Source: a virus
Taxonomy: Duplodnaviria; Caudoviricetes
IMG/VR virus record: IMGVR_UViG_3300025659_000001
Coordinates: 1 to 59,038 of that record
Strand: one strand, 5' to 3'
Length of the DNA: 59,038 nt
Numbering within the stretch: position 1 is the stretch's first letter; each line of letters begins with the position of its first letter. Shown here one piece after another: positions 1-10,241 of the stretch. The notes below the pieces were generated by a model. That model was not told the DNA's origin. It worked only from the letters and a program-made list of their open reading frames with translations, and did no database searches. The position numbers and the translations under genes were made by a program.

Positions 1-127
1 ATGCTAAAGCAACATTATCCCAACTAGAAGCCTTGACACCCATCATCTCTAATGTTTTCATGGTGTGAACAAATTCCTGAGAGTTAGCTCTAGTCTTTGT
101 TGCAGCATACCATTGAGGCATTGGGTC
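1..127. repeat. Terminal direct repeat, copy 1 (circular assembly overlap)
   Basis: Identical to 58912-59038. A length of 127 nt is typical of an assembler k-mer overlap, and it lies inside a CDS. Confidence 0.95.
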
Positions 128-1702
128 TTTACCTGCGAATCTATGCCCTCTCTTAGCCCAGAGCATCCCTATCCATTGGTCATAGATGAGTTTATCAATA
201 GGATAGTCCTCAGTGCCAAGTATACCCTGCTTGTAAGCTTCATAGTATCCAGAGCCATTCATAATGGTAGCCCCAACCATTGCCCTAGTAAAAGACTTCA
301 TACCATCTTCAGCAATCTCTTTCATCATTACTGGTACTAGCTTTGGTAACTCAGCACGCATACCCTTCCATATCTGCCTAAATGCCTTGGTTGCTATGGC
401 TTGGTCTGCCTTACTCATTGTAACCCAAGCATTTGTTAGCATGTCATCAGTCAACTCTGGAGCTGAAGACCTCAAGGTAGCCATAACTGACGCATCAATC
501 TTGCTACCACTAGAAAACATTGTCCTTAATGCTGTTTGCATATTCTTAGGGTTCAGAGATGCAGCAGGTTTCATTCTGTAATATAGTGCTGATAGAATAG
601 CTTTCCCATCTGCGACCATACCTGACTTGCCAAACTGTACTGCCTTGCCTCCGGGTAAGAACCTTGCTGGGCCTAAAAGCCCACCGACAACTACTCCATG
701 CAATGCATTAGAATACCAATCTTTAAATTCATAATCTTCTTCACCTAGGTCGAGATAATCTGCTGTAAGGTTTCGTACTTCCCCACCTATTGTGTCATAC
801 ATACCTAGGAGTGTAGCTTCGTATAGTGCTGCTCCCGCAACCTGCGCTGCTTTACCGTTGCCCATTTTAACAGCTAGTGTCTTTGAAAGGTTGCCTAATT
901 GGTTGGTAGTAACAGCTTTCATGGTTTCTTTTAGGATGTCTTCGACGTTATCTCCCGCTAAATCACCAAGTTCGTCTGTAATTCTTTTTCTAAAATGATG
1001 TTCTACTGCTTCCTGACCTGCTTTATTACCATAAGGGCTAACCTTTGCAGCTCTACGAGCAGGAGTAAAGACAGATGTCTCCGCTTTGGCAGCCTTTTTA
1101 GCTGCATCAATACTTTTCCAGCCAGATTTAATGAAGTCATCGTTCACAAACTTGCTGACAGCATTTGTAATATCATCAGCCTGTCCAAAATGCTTTGCAA
1201 CATTCTCGATAATTTCTCCAGTAGCAGTCTTTGTCATAGCCTTAGAGCCAATTTGCAGTCCTTTTGCTGTTCCCTGAAAGCCCTTACCGAATAGTCCTAG
1301 CCCAACTAACATTGAAGCACCTGAACCGATTGAATAGCCAACCTTGCCAGCCCATGACTCTTCTCCCCAAGGGTCTGAGCCCATGCTTCTCGCAAAAGAC
1401 CCAGAATCACCTGTCATATCAGCTACACTTAAAGTTCCCATTGATAAGCCTTCAGCAGCTCCCCAAGCAAGATTACCAATGAAGTCATATAAAGCATTGT
1501 CATTGAATCCTGTATCATTAGAGTAGGGTGTTGAAACCATTTCTGGTTGTGCGGGTGCTTGAGTTTGCGTGGTGATATCTTCAGTATCTAGAAATGAGAT
1601 AATCCCTGTATTGTTCTTAGTGCTTCGTTGGCGTGGGGTAGCTTCAAATTCTTTCATATCAGCTTGTAGTTGTGCAAAGATTTGTTCTGGTGTCTTGGGC
1701 AT
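1..1702 (-). CDS. N-terminal 527 aa of the giant virion RNA polymerase/ejection protein (continues across the junction into 59032..51665)
   Basis: ATG at 1702 with AAGGAG RBS (MPKTPEQIFAQL...). No stop in the stretches translated by hand, and the ORF track shows no closed ORF here. In frame with the ATG at 59032 (=121); the junction reads ...HRFAGKDPMPQWY. Confidence 0.9.
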   Translation of the reverse strand, partial: MPKTPEQIFAQLQADMKEFEATPRQRSTKNNTGIISFLDTEDITTQTQAPAQPEMVSTPYSNDTGFNDNALYDFIGNLAWGAAEGLSMGTLSVADMTGDSGSFARSMGSDPWGEESWAGKVGYSIGSGASMLVGLGLFGKGFQGTAKGLQIGSKAMTKTATGEIIENVAKHFGQADDITNAVSKFVNDDFIKSGWKSIDAAKKAAKAETSVFTPARRAAKVSPYGNKAGQEAVEHHFRKRITDELGDLAGDNVEDILKETMKAVTTNQLGNLSKTLAVKMGNGKAAQVAGAALYEATLLGMYDTIGGEVRNLTADYLDLGEEDYEFKDWYSNALHGVVVGGLLGPARFLPGGKAVQFGKSGMVADGKAILSALYYRMKPAASLNPKNMQTALRTMFSSGSKIDASVMATLRSSAPELTDDMLTNAWVTMSKADQAIATKAFRQIWKGMRAELPKLVPVMMKEIAEDGMKSFTRAMVGATIMNGSGYYEAYKQGILGTEDYPIDKLIYDQWIGMLWAKRGHRFAGKDPMPQWYAATKTRANSQEFVHTMKTLEMMGVKASSWDNVALA

Positions 1703-1751
1703 GTTGACTCCTTGTGCTACGCGCACACCACTCAGTCAAGTGGCTTTAGGG

Positions 1752-3968
1752 TTATCGTGATAAAAATGGCGTTTTCTTGGGCTCGGATTCTGGGTCTAAT
1801 GCCCGTAAAGTTTGTATTGCTTTCATTATCTCTTGACCAGACTTTTGAAACGATCTAGCCATTATCTCGTTACTAGTATTTCCCTCAATAAGAGGAGCAT
1901 ATTCATAGTCTGGGTCATAACCTATCAATTTTGATGGTTCAGATTCCATTTGTTGATTAAAGTTTATTGGAGAGACACGATTCCCGTCACCCCAAGTGGA
2001 AGGCATCCAGTCTGGAACTGTATTATAAGTGTCGTTAGTCTGCAACTGAGCCTCTTCATTAGGGTCTAGGTCTGGTAGTAATGGCTCATTCACCGCAGTT
2101 GAATCGCCAGAATTATATGCAGGTATACCACCTTCATACATCTCTATAATATTTTCTGGTACATCATACGAAACACCATTCATTAGGTCGTCAAATATAC
2201 GTCTTGCTGTACCTATCTTAGAGGTGTCGTCTGCCCCCCAATCAAATAATGGATGCTTACCTCTTCTAACAGCATCCTTCATTAGATATCTTGCTGCTTT
2301 TTCACTGACTTCTGGATGCTCTAAGAGTCTCTGCATGCCTTCAGTATCGTCTGGAGACACTCCATAAGATTCAAATACAGCAGCATGGAATTTATTCATA
2401 GCTTCTAATGCCTGTTGACCTCCAGCCTCACCTCTATGTGCTATGATTGCTGGTAACAGTCCTCTGTCATAATGCTGTGAGTTAATCTGAGCAAGTCCAA
2501 TATCTACTGACTTAAATGCGTTGTCATGCCATACACCATCTTTATCTGTCCAACCTTTATTAACAGCCTTATTATCAAACCTTGATTCCTGTGCGAATAT
2601 GTATGGTAGGTATTCATCCATATCGAGACCTCTAGCTTCTTCAAGAGTCATCGAATCGCCACCAGTAAGTGTATCAACTGGAGCTGTCAACGAACCGTCA
2701 AAAACTGTTGGTGCGTATGCCATCTTAACATCATTGGATTTCTGCATGGCTTGTAATGCTTCTTCAGAGTATAAACCCCTGCTTGCATAGGCTTCATAAA
2801 GGTTTTGTAACCCAGTTGTATCAGTAGCAGATATTTCAGCTTGTGTCTTACTAAAACTTTTCAGCGCGTTTAGACTTCTTGCAGCCAATGAACCTTCTCT
2901 AGCTTCAGTTTCAAGAGTCCTAATCTCGCCTACATTGTTTACCATGCTGTTATAACTAACTTCAGCAGCATCACTTTGTGATATAATATCGAGGATACTG
3001 ACTCTGATACCCTTATCAACAAGTTGCCCTGTTAACATATTAGCACCTTCAATAAAATCTTCAGCAGTACTAATATTTTTTAACTTGAGTAGTTGATGTT
3101 CTAGTTCTTTTTTGTATTGCTTTTGTACAGATGGTTGCAGGCCAGTATATCCCGGCATGCCCTTCGCCATCACCTCATCAGTCACTAGGTCATCTAACCC
3201 ACCAGCAGCTTCAACTGCAAGCAACATATCACCATAAGCTGACTGAGCTCCTATCTTGTAAGGCTTAGTTGCTGCATTGGTTGCAGTTCTAATACTTGCT
3301 GCGGTAGGTGTCTTATATCCAGCTTCATAACCAGCCATTAACCATTCTTTAGTCCCTGAATCACGCAACATCTGCATGGCTTCTTCAAACTCTACTCTTT
3401 GTAGTATATTGTTTTCTCCACCATATGCATCAAAGGCTCCTGCTTCTGTTGCAGCTTTTGCAGCCTTGAGCTTGCCTAATTTACTAACTAGCTCAGCTTG
3501 ATATTTTCTTAGTGGGTTTAATAGTTCGACATTATATGCTTCGATGTCACGGTCAAATAATTGTTTTGTCATGTCAACGAGGTCAGGGTAGGCATTAGTC
3601 ATATTAATATCATTCTCAGATAGACTAAATGCCTTCAGCTCTTCAAGAGCATTAATACGAGATGTCTCTAATCGAGTACGCTCACCAAGTAACTCACTCA
3701 TTACTAGCTGAGTCTTCCTATCTTCTCTATTCAGTTCGCGCTCTTTTGCTCTTATCTTAGCAGCATCAATTCTAACCTCTTCACGGTATAGACGCGCTTC
3801 TCTCTTATCCTCAGAACGTGCTTCTTGAGCTTCTTTCTTGGCTTGTAGATTATCTTTACGTGCTCTAGCTTGTGAGGCTATCTGGACTAGATGTTGTAAG
3901 GGTCTGGCACTAGATATTTGCTGTTGCTGTTGAGTAACTTGTGCGATGATACCTGTATTGACTGCCAT
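1752..3968 (-). CDS. Internal virion/ejection protein with lytic transglycosylase (SLT-like) domain
   Basis: Coiled-coil N-terminus; IFAQESRFDNKAVN and DIGLAQIN match SLT motifs I/II; lies in the ejection cluster. Confidence 0.75.
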   Translation of the reverse strand: MAVNTGIIAQVTQQQQQISSARPLQHLVQIASQARARKDNLQAKKEAQEARSEDKREARLYREEVRIDAAKIRAKERELNREDRKTQLVMSELLGERTRLETSRINALEELKAFSLSENDINMTNAYPDLVDMTKQLFDRDIEAYNVELLNPLRKYQAELVSKLGKLKAAKAATEAGAFDAYGGENNILQRVEFEEAMQMLRDSGTKEWLMAGYEAGYKTPTAASIRTATNAATKPYKIGAQSAYGDMLLAVEAAGGLDDLVTDEVMAKGMPGYTGLQPSVQKQYKKELEHQLLKLKNISTAEDFIEGANMLTGQLVDKGIRVSILDIISQSDAAEVSYNSMVNNVGEIRTLETEAREGSLAARSLNALKSFSKTQAEISATDTTGLQNLYEAYASRGLYSEEALQAMQKSNDVKMAYAPTVFDGSLTAPVDTLTGGDSMTLEEARGLDMDEYLPYIFAQESRFDNKAVNKGWTDKDGVWHDNAFKSVDIGLAQINSQHYDRGLLPAIIAHRGEAGGQQALEAMNKFHAAVFESYGVSPDDTEGMQRLLEHPEVSEKAARYLMKDAVRRGKHPLFDWGADDTSKIGTARRIFDDLMNGVSYDVPENIIEMYEGGIPAYNSGDSTAVNEPLLPDLDPNEEAQLQTNDTYNTVPDWMPSTWGDGNRVSPINFNQQMESEPSKLIGYDPDYEYAPLIEGNTSNEIMARSFQKSGQEIMKAIQTLRALDPESEPKKTPFLSR

Positions 3969-3976
3969 ATTGTCTC

Positions 3977-4669
3977 CTAAGTGAATGGTGGGGGTTCATA
4001 GGCTGTGCCACCACCGCCATTAGGTTTGTATTCTTTACCACCACCCTTTTTCAGAAAGTTTGCCATAGCAGTAGTCTGTCCACCACCGCCACCACCAAAC
4101 ATACCATCAAGTAGGTCTGGATTAGCAGCGATTGCGCCTAAACCAAAGTCCATAGCACTGCCACCAAGAGATGAAAACATGTTACCCCAAGGTGAGATAG
4201 AGTCTGCTCCAGCCTGTGCTTCTATACTAGAGGTACGCATCTGTGAACCAGCCATATCATATTGTGACTTGGCATTGAGTCCCATGCCTTCATATTGCAT
4301 GGCAGTCTGCTCTAGTTGAGCCTGTAATGCTGGCAAGCCTTCTTGAACCTGTGCTGTTGCGCTCTTAGAACCTGATTTCTGATTCTGTAAATATTGTGAT
4401 GCGCTCATACCCCCAACTGCCCTCATATTAGAGGTGGAGTCAGCAGCGAAATTTAATTGCATCTCTGCAAGTGGGTCGAATTGGCCTCTCACATCATCAG
4501 CAAGACCTGCAAACTGTTGCTGTTGTTGAGTCCCAAGGTTACCCATCTTGACAGCCTCTTCTTGCAGCCTCCGACTCATACCGCTATATGCACCTTGTTG
4601 TCGCTTACCTTGATTATACGCAGAAAGGGCAGATATTCCAGCCCCGACACCCATCAATAAACCTACCAT
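3977..4669 (-). CDS. Small internal virion (pilot/ejection) protein
   Basis: Gly/Ala-rich hydrophobic N-terminus and Gln-rich helical core; follows the tail nozzle gene. Confidence 0.65.
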   Translation of the reverse strand: MVGLLMGVGAGISALSAYNQGKRQQGAYSGMSRRLQEEAVKMGNLGTQQQQQFAGLADDVRGQFDPLAEMQLNFAADSTSNMRAVGGMSASQYLQNQKSGSKSATAQVQEGLPALQAQLEQTAMQYEGMGLNAKSQYDMAGSQMRTSSIEAQAGADSISPWGNMFSSLGGSAMDFGLGAIAANPDLLDGMFGGGGGGQTTAMANFLKKGGGKEYKPNGGGGTAYEPPPFT

Positions 4670-4674
4670 CCTAG

Positions 4675-4944
4675 TTACTCCTTTTCAACTAATGTCAAAG
4701 CTGCCGTTTCAGCCCATCCATCCTTAGTTCTCCCTTGAATATAATATACACCTTCACGAGATGCAAGACGTATATTACCTTCAGAACCGTCTGATTCTTT
4801 TTGTTCCAATACTGTTTGTTTGAGGTTAACAGCCTCTATTAGTCTATTGATTTCATCCACTATATGCTGAATAGCACGCTCAGTGATTTTATCTTCAATA
4901 CCCCTAGTAGCAGGAGCTTTAACTTGTGAAATTTCTCTAGCCAT
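4675..4944 (-). CDS. Hypothetical virion protein
   Basis: 89-aa ORF translationally coupled to the nozzle gene. Confidence 0.6.
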   Translation of the reverse strand: MAREISQVKAPATRGIEDKITERAIQHIVDEINRLIEAVNLKQTVLEQKESDGSEGNIRLASREGVYYIQGRTKDGWAETAALTLVEKE

Positions 4945-7900
4945 TATTTAACATACCTTCTTCTAAATACGATTCCAATGCTGTCTAATTCAGCAGCAGT
5001 ATCATCACCCGCCATGTCTATGTCTATTGTGACAGCCTTGCCCTTGCGTACACCACCAGAGTCAAGCTTGAGTAGCCCAACCTCTGTATCATCTGTGGTT
5101 ACACTAGTTCCATCGACAGAAATGGTCACTGTATCATTATCAAATGGAGTAATAGAATCACCAGTAAATCGTATACGTTGCCATATCTTATCCTGAGAGT
5201 CCTGCCCTGCTGTGATATTCCCACTTGTCCATGCGAAGTCACGCTTAGTAGAACCTTGAGCATAGCCACCTACCACAGCTCCGTTCATAAATAGAACCTC
5301 TCTATCCTTGCCATAGAAGAGGCAGTCCCAAGAAGCAGGCTGTTCCCATCTATCCCAACGGATTGACTGACCCATTTGAGTGCCAGCCCATACGTTATTA
5401 GTAGCAAAACATATCACCTGTTTTTTATGTGGGTGATAGAATATGCGGTCATTAGCATCTATGTTATAATACTGCCAAGGGTAAGCATTACCATCATTCC
5501 CTATTGCGATATTATCATTGATTCTGACGGCTTCTCTACCATTGTGAAAGTAGACTCCGTTATTATCCATGAAATAAAAGCCTTTATCTGTAACAGTAAC
5601 AGTATGTTGACCTGCTGTACCGCATCCAGTATCTACATCTTCAAGAGCCATATTCTGAGTATTAATTCTCATGATATGTCCACGACTGATGGCGTACACA
5701 CGACTTCCAAAAGCTACTAGAGCATTGGGTTTGTGTGGGAGTTTTACAAAGTCTGTACTCCAGTCAAACACATCATACTGGAATGGCTTAGACTTGAATA
5801 GGTACGTTGGTACTGCTCCTAGTTCTGAGTGCCATGCATCAGCAACGATATGCTCGCTAAATAACTCACAGTTAAGCTTGTAGTGTAGGCTTGTATCGGT
5901 TATCAGTTCTGATATGCCGTTACGTGCCTCGTAGCTAGCCCCAGTTGTAAGAGTGTCTACGAAGTCGAAATCTTTTCCAGTACCATTAGTAACCCAGTTA
6001 CCATCATTCAGAGACACGGCCTTAACAAGCCTGTAATATGTATCTGATACTGATGTGCTGTCGCTTGATGCTCTATACACTAGAATATGTGAAATGCGCT
6101 TATCCAACAGGGATATATCTGCTATATCAACACTAATGTCCTTGTGCTCAACAGATTGGGCTGGTACTACTGATGAGGTCGTCAGAGGGGTTTCCTGCTG
6201 ATATTCATATAGAATTGAATACTTATAGTGGTAATACTTAGCAGCGTCAAAGTCTGAGCCTGTACCTGCATTTGCCACACCGATGCTAATATTGCTACCA
6301 GAAATCTTATCTGTCCAAGTAGTCGTTAATGTGCTATCATCATGCTCTGCTACCCCGTAAGGCCCTGACGCTTGCATCCTATAAATCTTAGTAGTAGAAG
6401 ATGTGGGAATCTTGACAGCACTATCATGGGCTACCTCTGTTAAGGTTCCAAGAGAATAGTTTGTACCGCCAGTAGTAATTAAGCTACAATCATAACTTAG
6501 GTGAGCGTTCATCGCTGAACCCTTGTTATCAGTATAGTATAAGAGTCCCGGCCCAGTAGCTACATGCATTGAGCTAAGACCATCCTTTACAAAATCATTT
6601 TGCAGTTCCTGACCACTAGTTACAGTAGCTGGGTCAAAGTATGAACTCTCAGGGTTTCTGAGTTTAGCTTGAGGACAAATGCTAGACGGAGTATAGGTTG
6701 TGCCTACTATATACAGTATCTGTGAGCGATACTCCCAATTAGTCCCATCTATATTGTATTGATAGCTTTCAAATAGTTCTCTAGCAGCACCATAATCATC
6801 GAACTTAACCTTTTGGTTTTGATGCCTTGCTATAAAAGCTACCTTCGTACTGGCTGATTTAACCTTTGATAATGCTAGCCTTGTTACATATTGGATAGGG
6901 TTAGATGCTGATGTCATCTCTGTACCCGTTGTCGGTACCCTGTATGCATCAAAATAAGTATTAGCCTTTACCCATCCACCATTAGAGGTGGAGCCACTTT
7001 GTCTGGGAGTCCTGTCTGTCAAAACCACCACTCCAGAGGCATAGGTTCCCGTATCAAAGGTTTGTAGCCATTTATATGTTGTGCTGCCTGTAAATTCTTC
7101 ACTTGTATACCCTGACACCCATACAGTTGTTCCTGTATACATAATATCAGCATACTCTATACCATCAGGCCCAGTGTAATCTGGGAGAGTCCATGTGGTA
7201 ACGATTGTTTCTAGGTCTGCAATAGCTATCTTCTTTAAGAAATATGAGCCATCAGCCTCCACTAACACAAGGATGTGTGATGCATCGTACTGACAAATAG
7301 CCCTAGTATTCGCAAGGATACTCACCCCTTCATTCGTAGTGTCTCCAGTAGATAGGTTCATCTTATAGACCCCATTACCGCTTAATGCTATCCCATACAT
7401 GAATGTTGCACCAATCTTCACAGCATCATGGATATAGGGAACGCTGTCTGGGAATGTTAATTTAGCGTCTGCTATAAAAGTTGTCTCGTATGATTCCCCG
7501 AATTGTTTAACGTCTGTCTTGCCAACCCATCGTGGCACTGTATCTTCTGTGTTCCCCATAGCAATGCGTAATGCTCTATTCTCAAATACACTAGAGAAGT
7601 TTGAGCTTGTCCATGCTGCCTCATTAGATACCCCAAGAATACGTGGCTCCCCCTCATCATTGTAGATGTTAGGGTGTAATAGAAATCGGTTAATAGCTGA
7701 TGAGTACATCAAAGACGCATCACCATTATCAAGATTTAATCGTCTAACCCAATTAGCAGTATGGGTAGTTCTGAGTTTGGCAGTATCCCCTGCGTCCATG
7801 TAGTTCGCACCTACGTTAACCCCGCTTAGTCGCTTGAGTATGTCACTCTTGCTTGAGTAGGTGTAGAGTCGAAACACTCCTTCAGTTTTAACTGAGAATG

Positions 7901-8171
7901 TACCAGAAGAAGGCCATCCAGTAATAGAGTTCGTCATAAAGACTACTGTATCACTTGGAGCAACTGCTTGGTCTACAACATTTGACTCACCAACGACAAT
8001 ACTAGAATGTCCCTCTGATGAATCTTGAGCTATGCCACGCAACCGTCCAAACTCAGCTAAAGGGTCTACGTTGAGCGAGTTGGTCGCTGCTTCCAAAGGG
8101 ACATCGGTGAGTGAGGCGTTTGTAATCGTCCCTATGTTAAACTTCTTTAGTTCTATCAAGTCACGTGGCAT
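4944..8171 (-). CDS. Tail nozzle/stabilisation protein (P22 gp10/T7 gp12/crAss muzzle-like beta-propeller)
   Basis: 1075 aa, beta-rich; NVD motif near the N-terminus, propeller-like C-terminal blades, and FAWTSG...QDKIWQRIRF ending; located upstream of the ejection genes. Confidence 0.65.
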   Translation of the reverse strand: MPRDLIELKKFNIGTITNASLTDVPLEAATNSLNVDPLAEFGRLRGIAQDSSEGHSSIVVGESNVVDQAVAPSDTVVFMTNSITGWPSSGTFSVKTEGVFRLYTYSSKSDILKRLSGVNVGANYMDAGDTAKLRTTHTANWVRRLNLDNGDASLMYSSAINRFLLHPNIYNDEGEPRILGVSNEAAWTSSNFSSVFENRALRIAMGNTEDTVPRWVGKTDVKQFGESYETTFIADAKLTFPDSVPYIHDAVKIGATFMYGIALSGNGVYKMNLSTGDTTNEGVSILANTRAICQYDASHILVLVEADGSYFLKKIAIADLETIVTTWTLPDYTGPDGIEYADIMYTGTTVWVSGYTSEEFTGSTTYKWLQTFDTGTYASGVVVLTDRTPRQSGSTSNGGWVKANTYFDAYRVPTTGTEMTSASNPIQYVTRLALSKVKSASTKVAFIARHQNQKVKFDDYGAARELFESYQYNIDGTNWEYRSQILYIVGTTYTPSSICPQAKLRNPESSYFDPATVTSGQELQNDFVKDGLSSMHVATGPGLLYYTDNKGSAMNAHLSYDCSLITTGGTNYSLGTLTEVAHDSAVKIPTSSTTKIYRMQASGPYGVAEHDDSTLTTTWTDKISGSNISIGVANAGTGSDFDAAKYYHYKYSILYEYQQETPLTTSSVVPAQSVEHKDISVDIADISLLDKRISHILVYRASSDSTSVSDTYYRLVKAVSLNDGNWVTNGTGKDFDFVDTLTTGASYEARNGISELITDTSLHYKLNCELFSEHIVADAWHSELGAVPTYLFKSKPFQYDVFDWSTDFVKLPHKPNALVAFGSRVYAISRGHIMRINTQNMALEDVDTGCGTAGQHTVTVTDKGFYFMDNNGVYFHNGREAVRINDNIAIGNDGNAYPWQYYNIDANDRIFYHPHKKQVICFATNNVWAGTQMGQSIRWDRWEQPASWDCLFYGKDREVLFMNGAVVGGYAQGSTKRDFAWTSGNITAGQDSQDKIWQRIRFTGDSITPFDNDTVTISVDGTSVTTDDTEVGLLKLDSGGVRKGKAVTIDIDMAGDDTAAELDSIGIVFRRRYVK

Positions 8172-8182
8172 AATTTATCTCC

Positions 8183-9121
8183 TTATCGTGGTACTGGCGA
8201 GAGAAGCATCTTCTTTTCTACTTTTGTGAGTGCCGAAGTTCTCTTCCGTCCATGTGCTCCACAATGTTGACACTGGCAAGCATCATACTTAGCAGCGTTA
8301 GTGTAATAGTAACCTTTCCATAATAATGTATCCTTTTCACAGCATACAGTACAGGCGTTACCAGTAATATCCATATACAAGGCCATGTTGGGGTGTGGAT
8401 TTTCCCATCCACGTAACATGACATATACCTCTTCAAGTACGCGTACATCATATTCGTTATAGTTGAGCATAGTAGCAAATGCGTCCATGTCTCCCTCATA
8501 ACATCTATCCCATAATGGTCTGCCTGCATCGAGCTTGCGTGTTAGGCCAAGTTCTCTTGATATGTTATCCATAGCATTAGATGCAAATGCAAAGTGCTTT
8601 TTAGCTATAAGCAGAGTATCAATGACACGATACAACGAGGGCTGTTTCCCGCCATTGGTCTTGTTCTTCAAGAAGCGTGTATTCATTCTCTTAACATCAA
8701 AGCCACGAGCATTATGAGCTATAACAAAGTCAGCTTGGTCTACAAGCCAGTATAGTGACTCAGTGATACGTTTATCATCATGAGCTACTGCTTCATCGTG
8801 GGTCTGTGCATCTGAAATCATTTCACTATCAAATAACCACTTAGCTGCCCATGTGTGAAGATGCCAATCAGTTACTACTTCATTGTGGCGAAGGAACTGT
8901 GGGCGTTTACTATCAAATGTTCGGTATGTCGTTAACGACGTTTCTAGGTCAAGGATTAATACCTTTGGCATTTTCTTTCCCCAATTACCTTGAGCTGACC
9001 CTGCGATACGCAGATAACGTTCAACGGAGTCTATGGAGACTCCTAATTCTTCTGATGTTGCTTCAACACCTTTTTCATCAGCTATACTCTTTACGAAATA
9101 GGCTCTTTCAAGACTAATCAT
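8183..9121 (-). CDS. DEDD/RNase H-like 3'-5' exonuclease (RNase_H_2-like) with N-terminal HTH and C-terminal Zn ribbon
   Basis: ILDLETS, HNARGFD and YNEYD motifs; CTVC...CQHC. Start reassigned to the ATG at 9121, which has a GGAG RBS. Confidence 0.8.
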   Translation of the reverse strand: MISLERAYFVKSIADEKGVEATSEELGVSIDSVERYLRIAGSAQGNWGKKMPKVLILDLETSLTTYRTFDSKRPQFLRHNEVVTDWHLHTWAAKWLFDSEMISDAQTHDEAVAHDDKRITESLYWLVDQADFVIAHNARGFDVKRMNTRFLKNKTNGGKQPSLYRVIDTLLIAKKHFAFASNAMDNISRELGLTRKLDAGRPLWDRCYEGDMDAFATMLNYNEYDVRVLEEVYVMLRGWENPHPNMALYMDITGNACTVCCEKDTLLWKGYYYTNAAKYDACQCQHCGAHGRKRTSALTKVEKKMLLSPVPR

Positions 9122-9557
9122 TCTGTTCTCCTTGTTCAATCTTTTGGATTTCTGTTTTAGACAGTTCAAAATGCACAAAGTCATATGTGCCATTCCGGAA
9201 GCGTTTTGTATGATTCTTGTCTTTAACAAACCACTCCCTACGCCAGTCACGACCACAGGTTATCTCTACACCAAGCGCAAGGCCAATGCCTTGTACTAGG
9301 CCCATAAACCATGTCCATCGTTCTTCGTTCTTCCAATTAATCGGTAGGAGATACAGGTCTACTGCATATCCCTTTAAGTGTTTAGAGTGCATTGTTTTTG
9401 ATGCTCCACTTTCTACTAAGTGAGCTTGTCGGTCTTTAGAGCGCAGTCCCTCAAATACTTTGAAGTCAACGTGTTTAATCAACTCATTTACCACAAGTTG
9501 AAGTTTAGGGTGTATCGAATCTAATTCTCTTTGCGAACTTTTGCTAAAGTACGGCAT
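9114..9557 (-). CDS. Endolysin, peptidase M15 family (L-Ala-D-Glu peptidase-like)
   Basis: EGLRS..RQ, SKHLKGYAVD and DFVHFEL zinc-binding motifs. Confidence 0.9.
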   Translation of the reverse strand: MPYFSKSSQRELDSIHPKLQLVVNELIKHVDFKVFEGLRSKDRQAHLVESGASKTMHSKHLKGYAVDLYLLPINWKNEERWTWFMGLVQGIGLALGVEITCGRDWRREWFVKDKNHTKRFRNGTYDFVHFELSKTEIQKIEQGEQND

Positions 9558-9569
9558 TATTTTCCTTTC

Positions 9570-10208
9570 TTATCCATCTTTCATTAAGCCAAATCTGTTT
9601 AGAAAATCATAGTACTTGTCTCTAAAATTCATTGCAGTATTGGCATCCATTCTGTCTCCGAACTCAAAGATACGCTCTTCGTGTTCGTCTTCTAAAACAT
9701 CATACTTCTTCTCTAGGTTACGTAGCCTGCCAAATGATTCTGCTAAGCGAGCCTTGTTTCCTATAATCGAGTCATTAACACTCTCAAGGTCATACTTCTC
9801 ATTTAGTACATTAGTATATTGGTGACGTAGCCCTGCTTGTTCTTGGGTGTCGTGGTAACGATTCGTTGAGTTGTTGGGATAGTATTCAAAAAATTGTTCG
9901 GCTTCCGCATACTGTTCATCAGTATATTGCCTTTGCCCAAACATCTCTAGGTATTCCTCGTCCTCTGCGATGTAAGACTTCAAGACACCAATATTAGAAA
10001 GGTCAGTAAATGCCATGTCAGCATCAGCTCTACCTTCCTTTGTAAAAATGCCTTTAAACGCTGCTGATGCAACACTGCCACCTTTAACAGCATCCCATAA
10101 ACTCTCCAAGCCAGTTTCTTTCTGAATCTGTCTAATTTCATCGGGATAGTTAAATGCTAGGTCAGTTTTGACACTATCAACGTCTGGGATGTCTAGTCCA
10201 AAAGGCAT
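9570..10208 (-). CDS. Hypothetical acidic protein
   Basis: 212-aa ORF; start uncertain. Confidence 0.55.
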   Translation of the reverse strand: MPFGLDIPDVDSVKTDLAFNYPDEIRQIQKETGLESLWDAVKGGSVASAAFKGIFTKEGRADADMAFTDLSNIGVLKSYIAEDEEYLEMFGQRQYTDEQYAEAEQFFEYYPNNSTNRYHDTQEQAGLRHQYTNVLNEKYDLESVNDSIIGNKARLAESFGRLRNLEKKYDVLEDEHEERIFEFGDRMDANTAMNFRDKYYDFLNRFGLMKDG

Positions 10209-10241
10209 ATCTGTGTTTTTTCTCTGGTGGTTTTAGCCATG

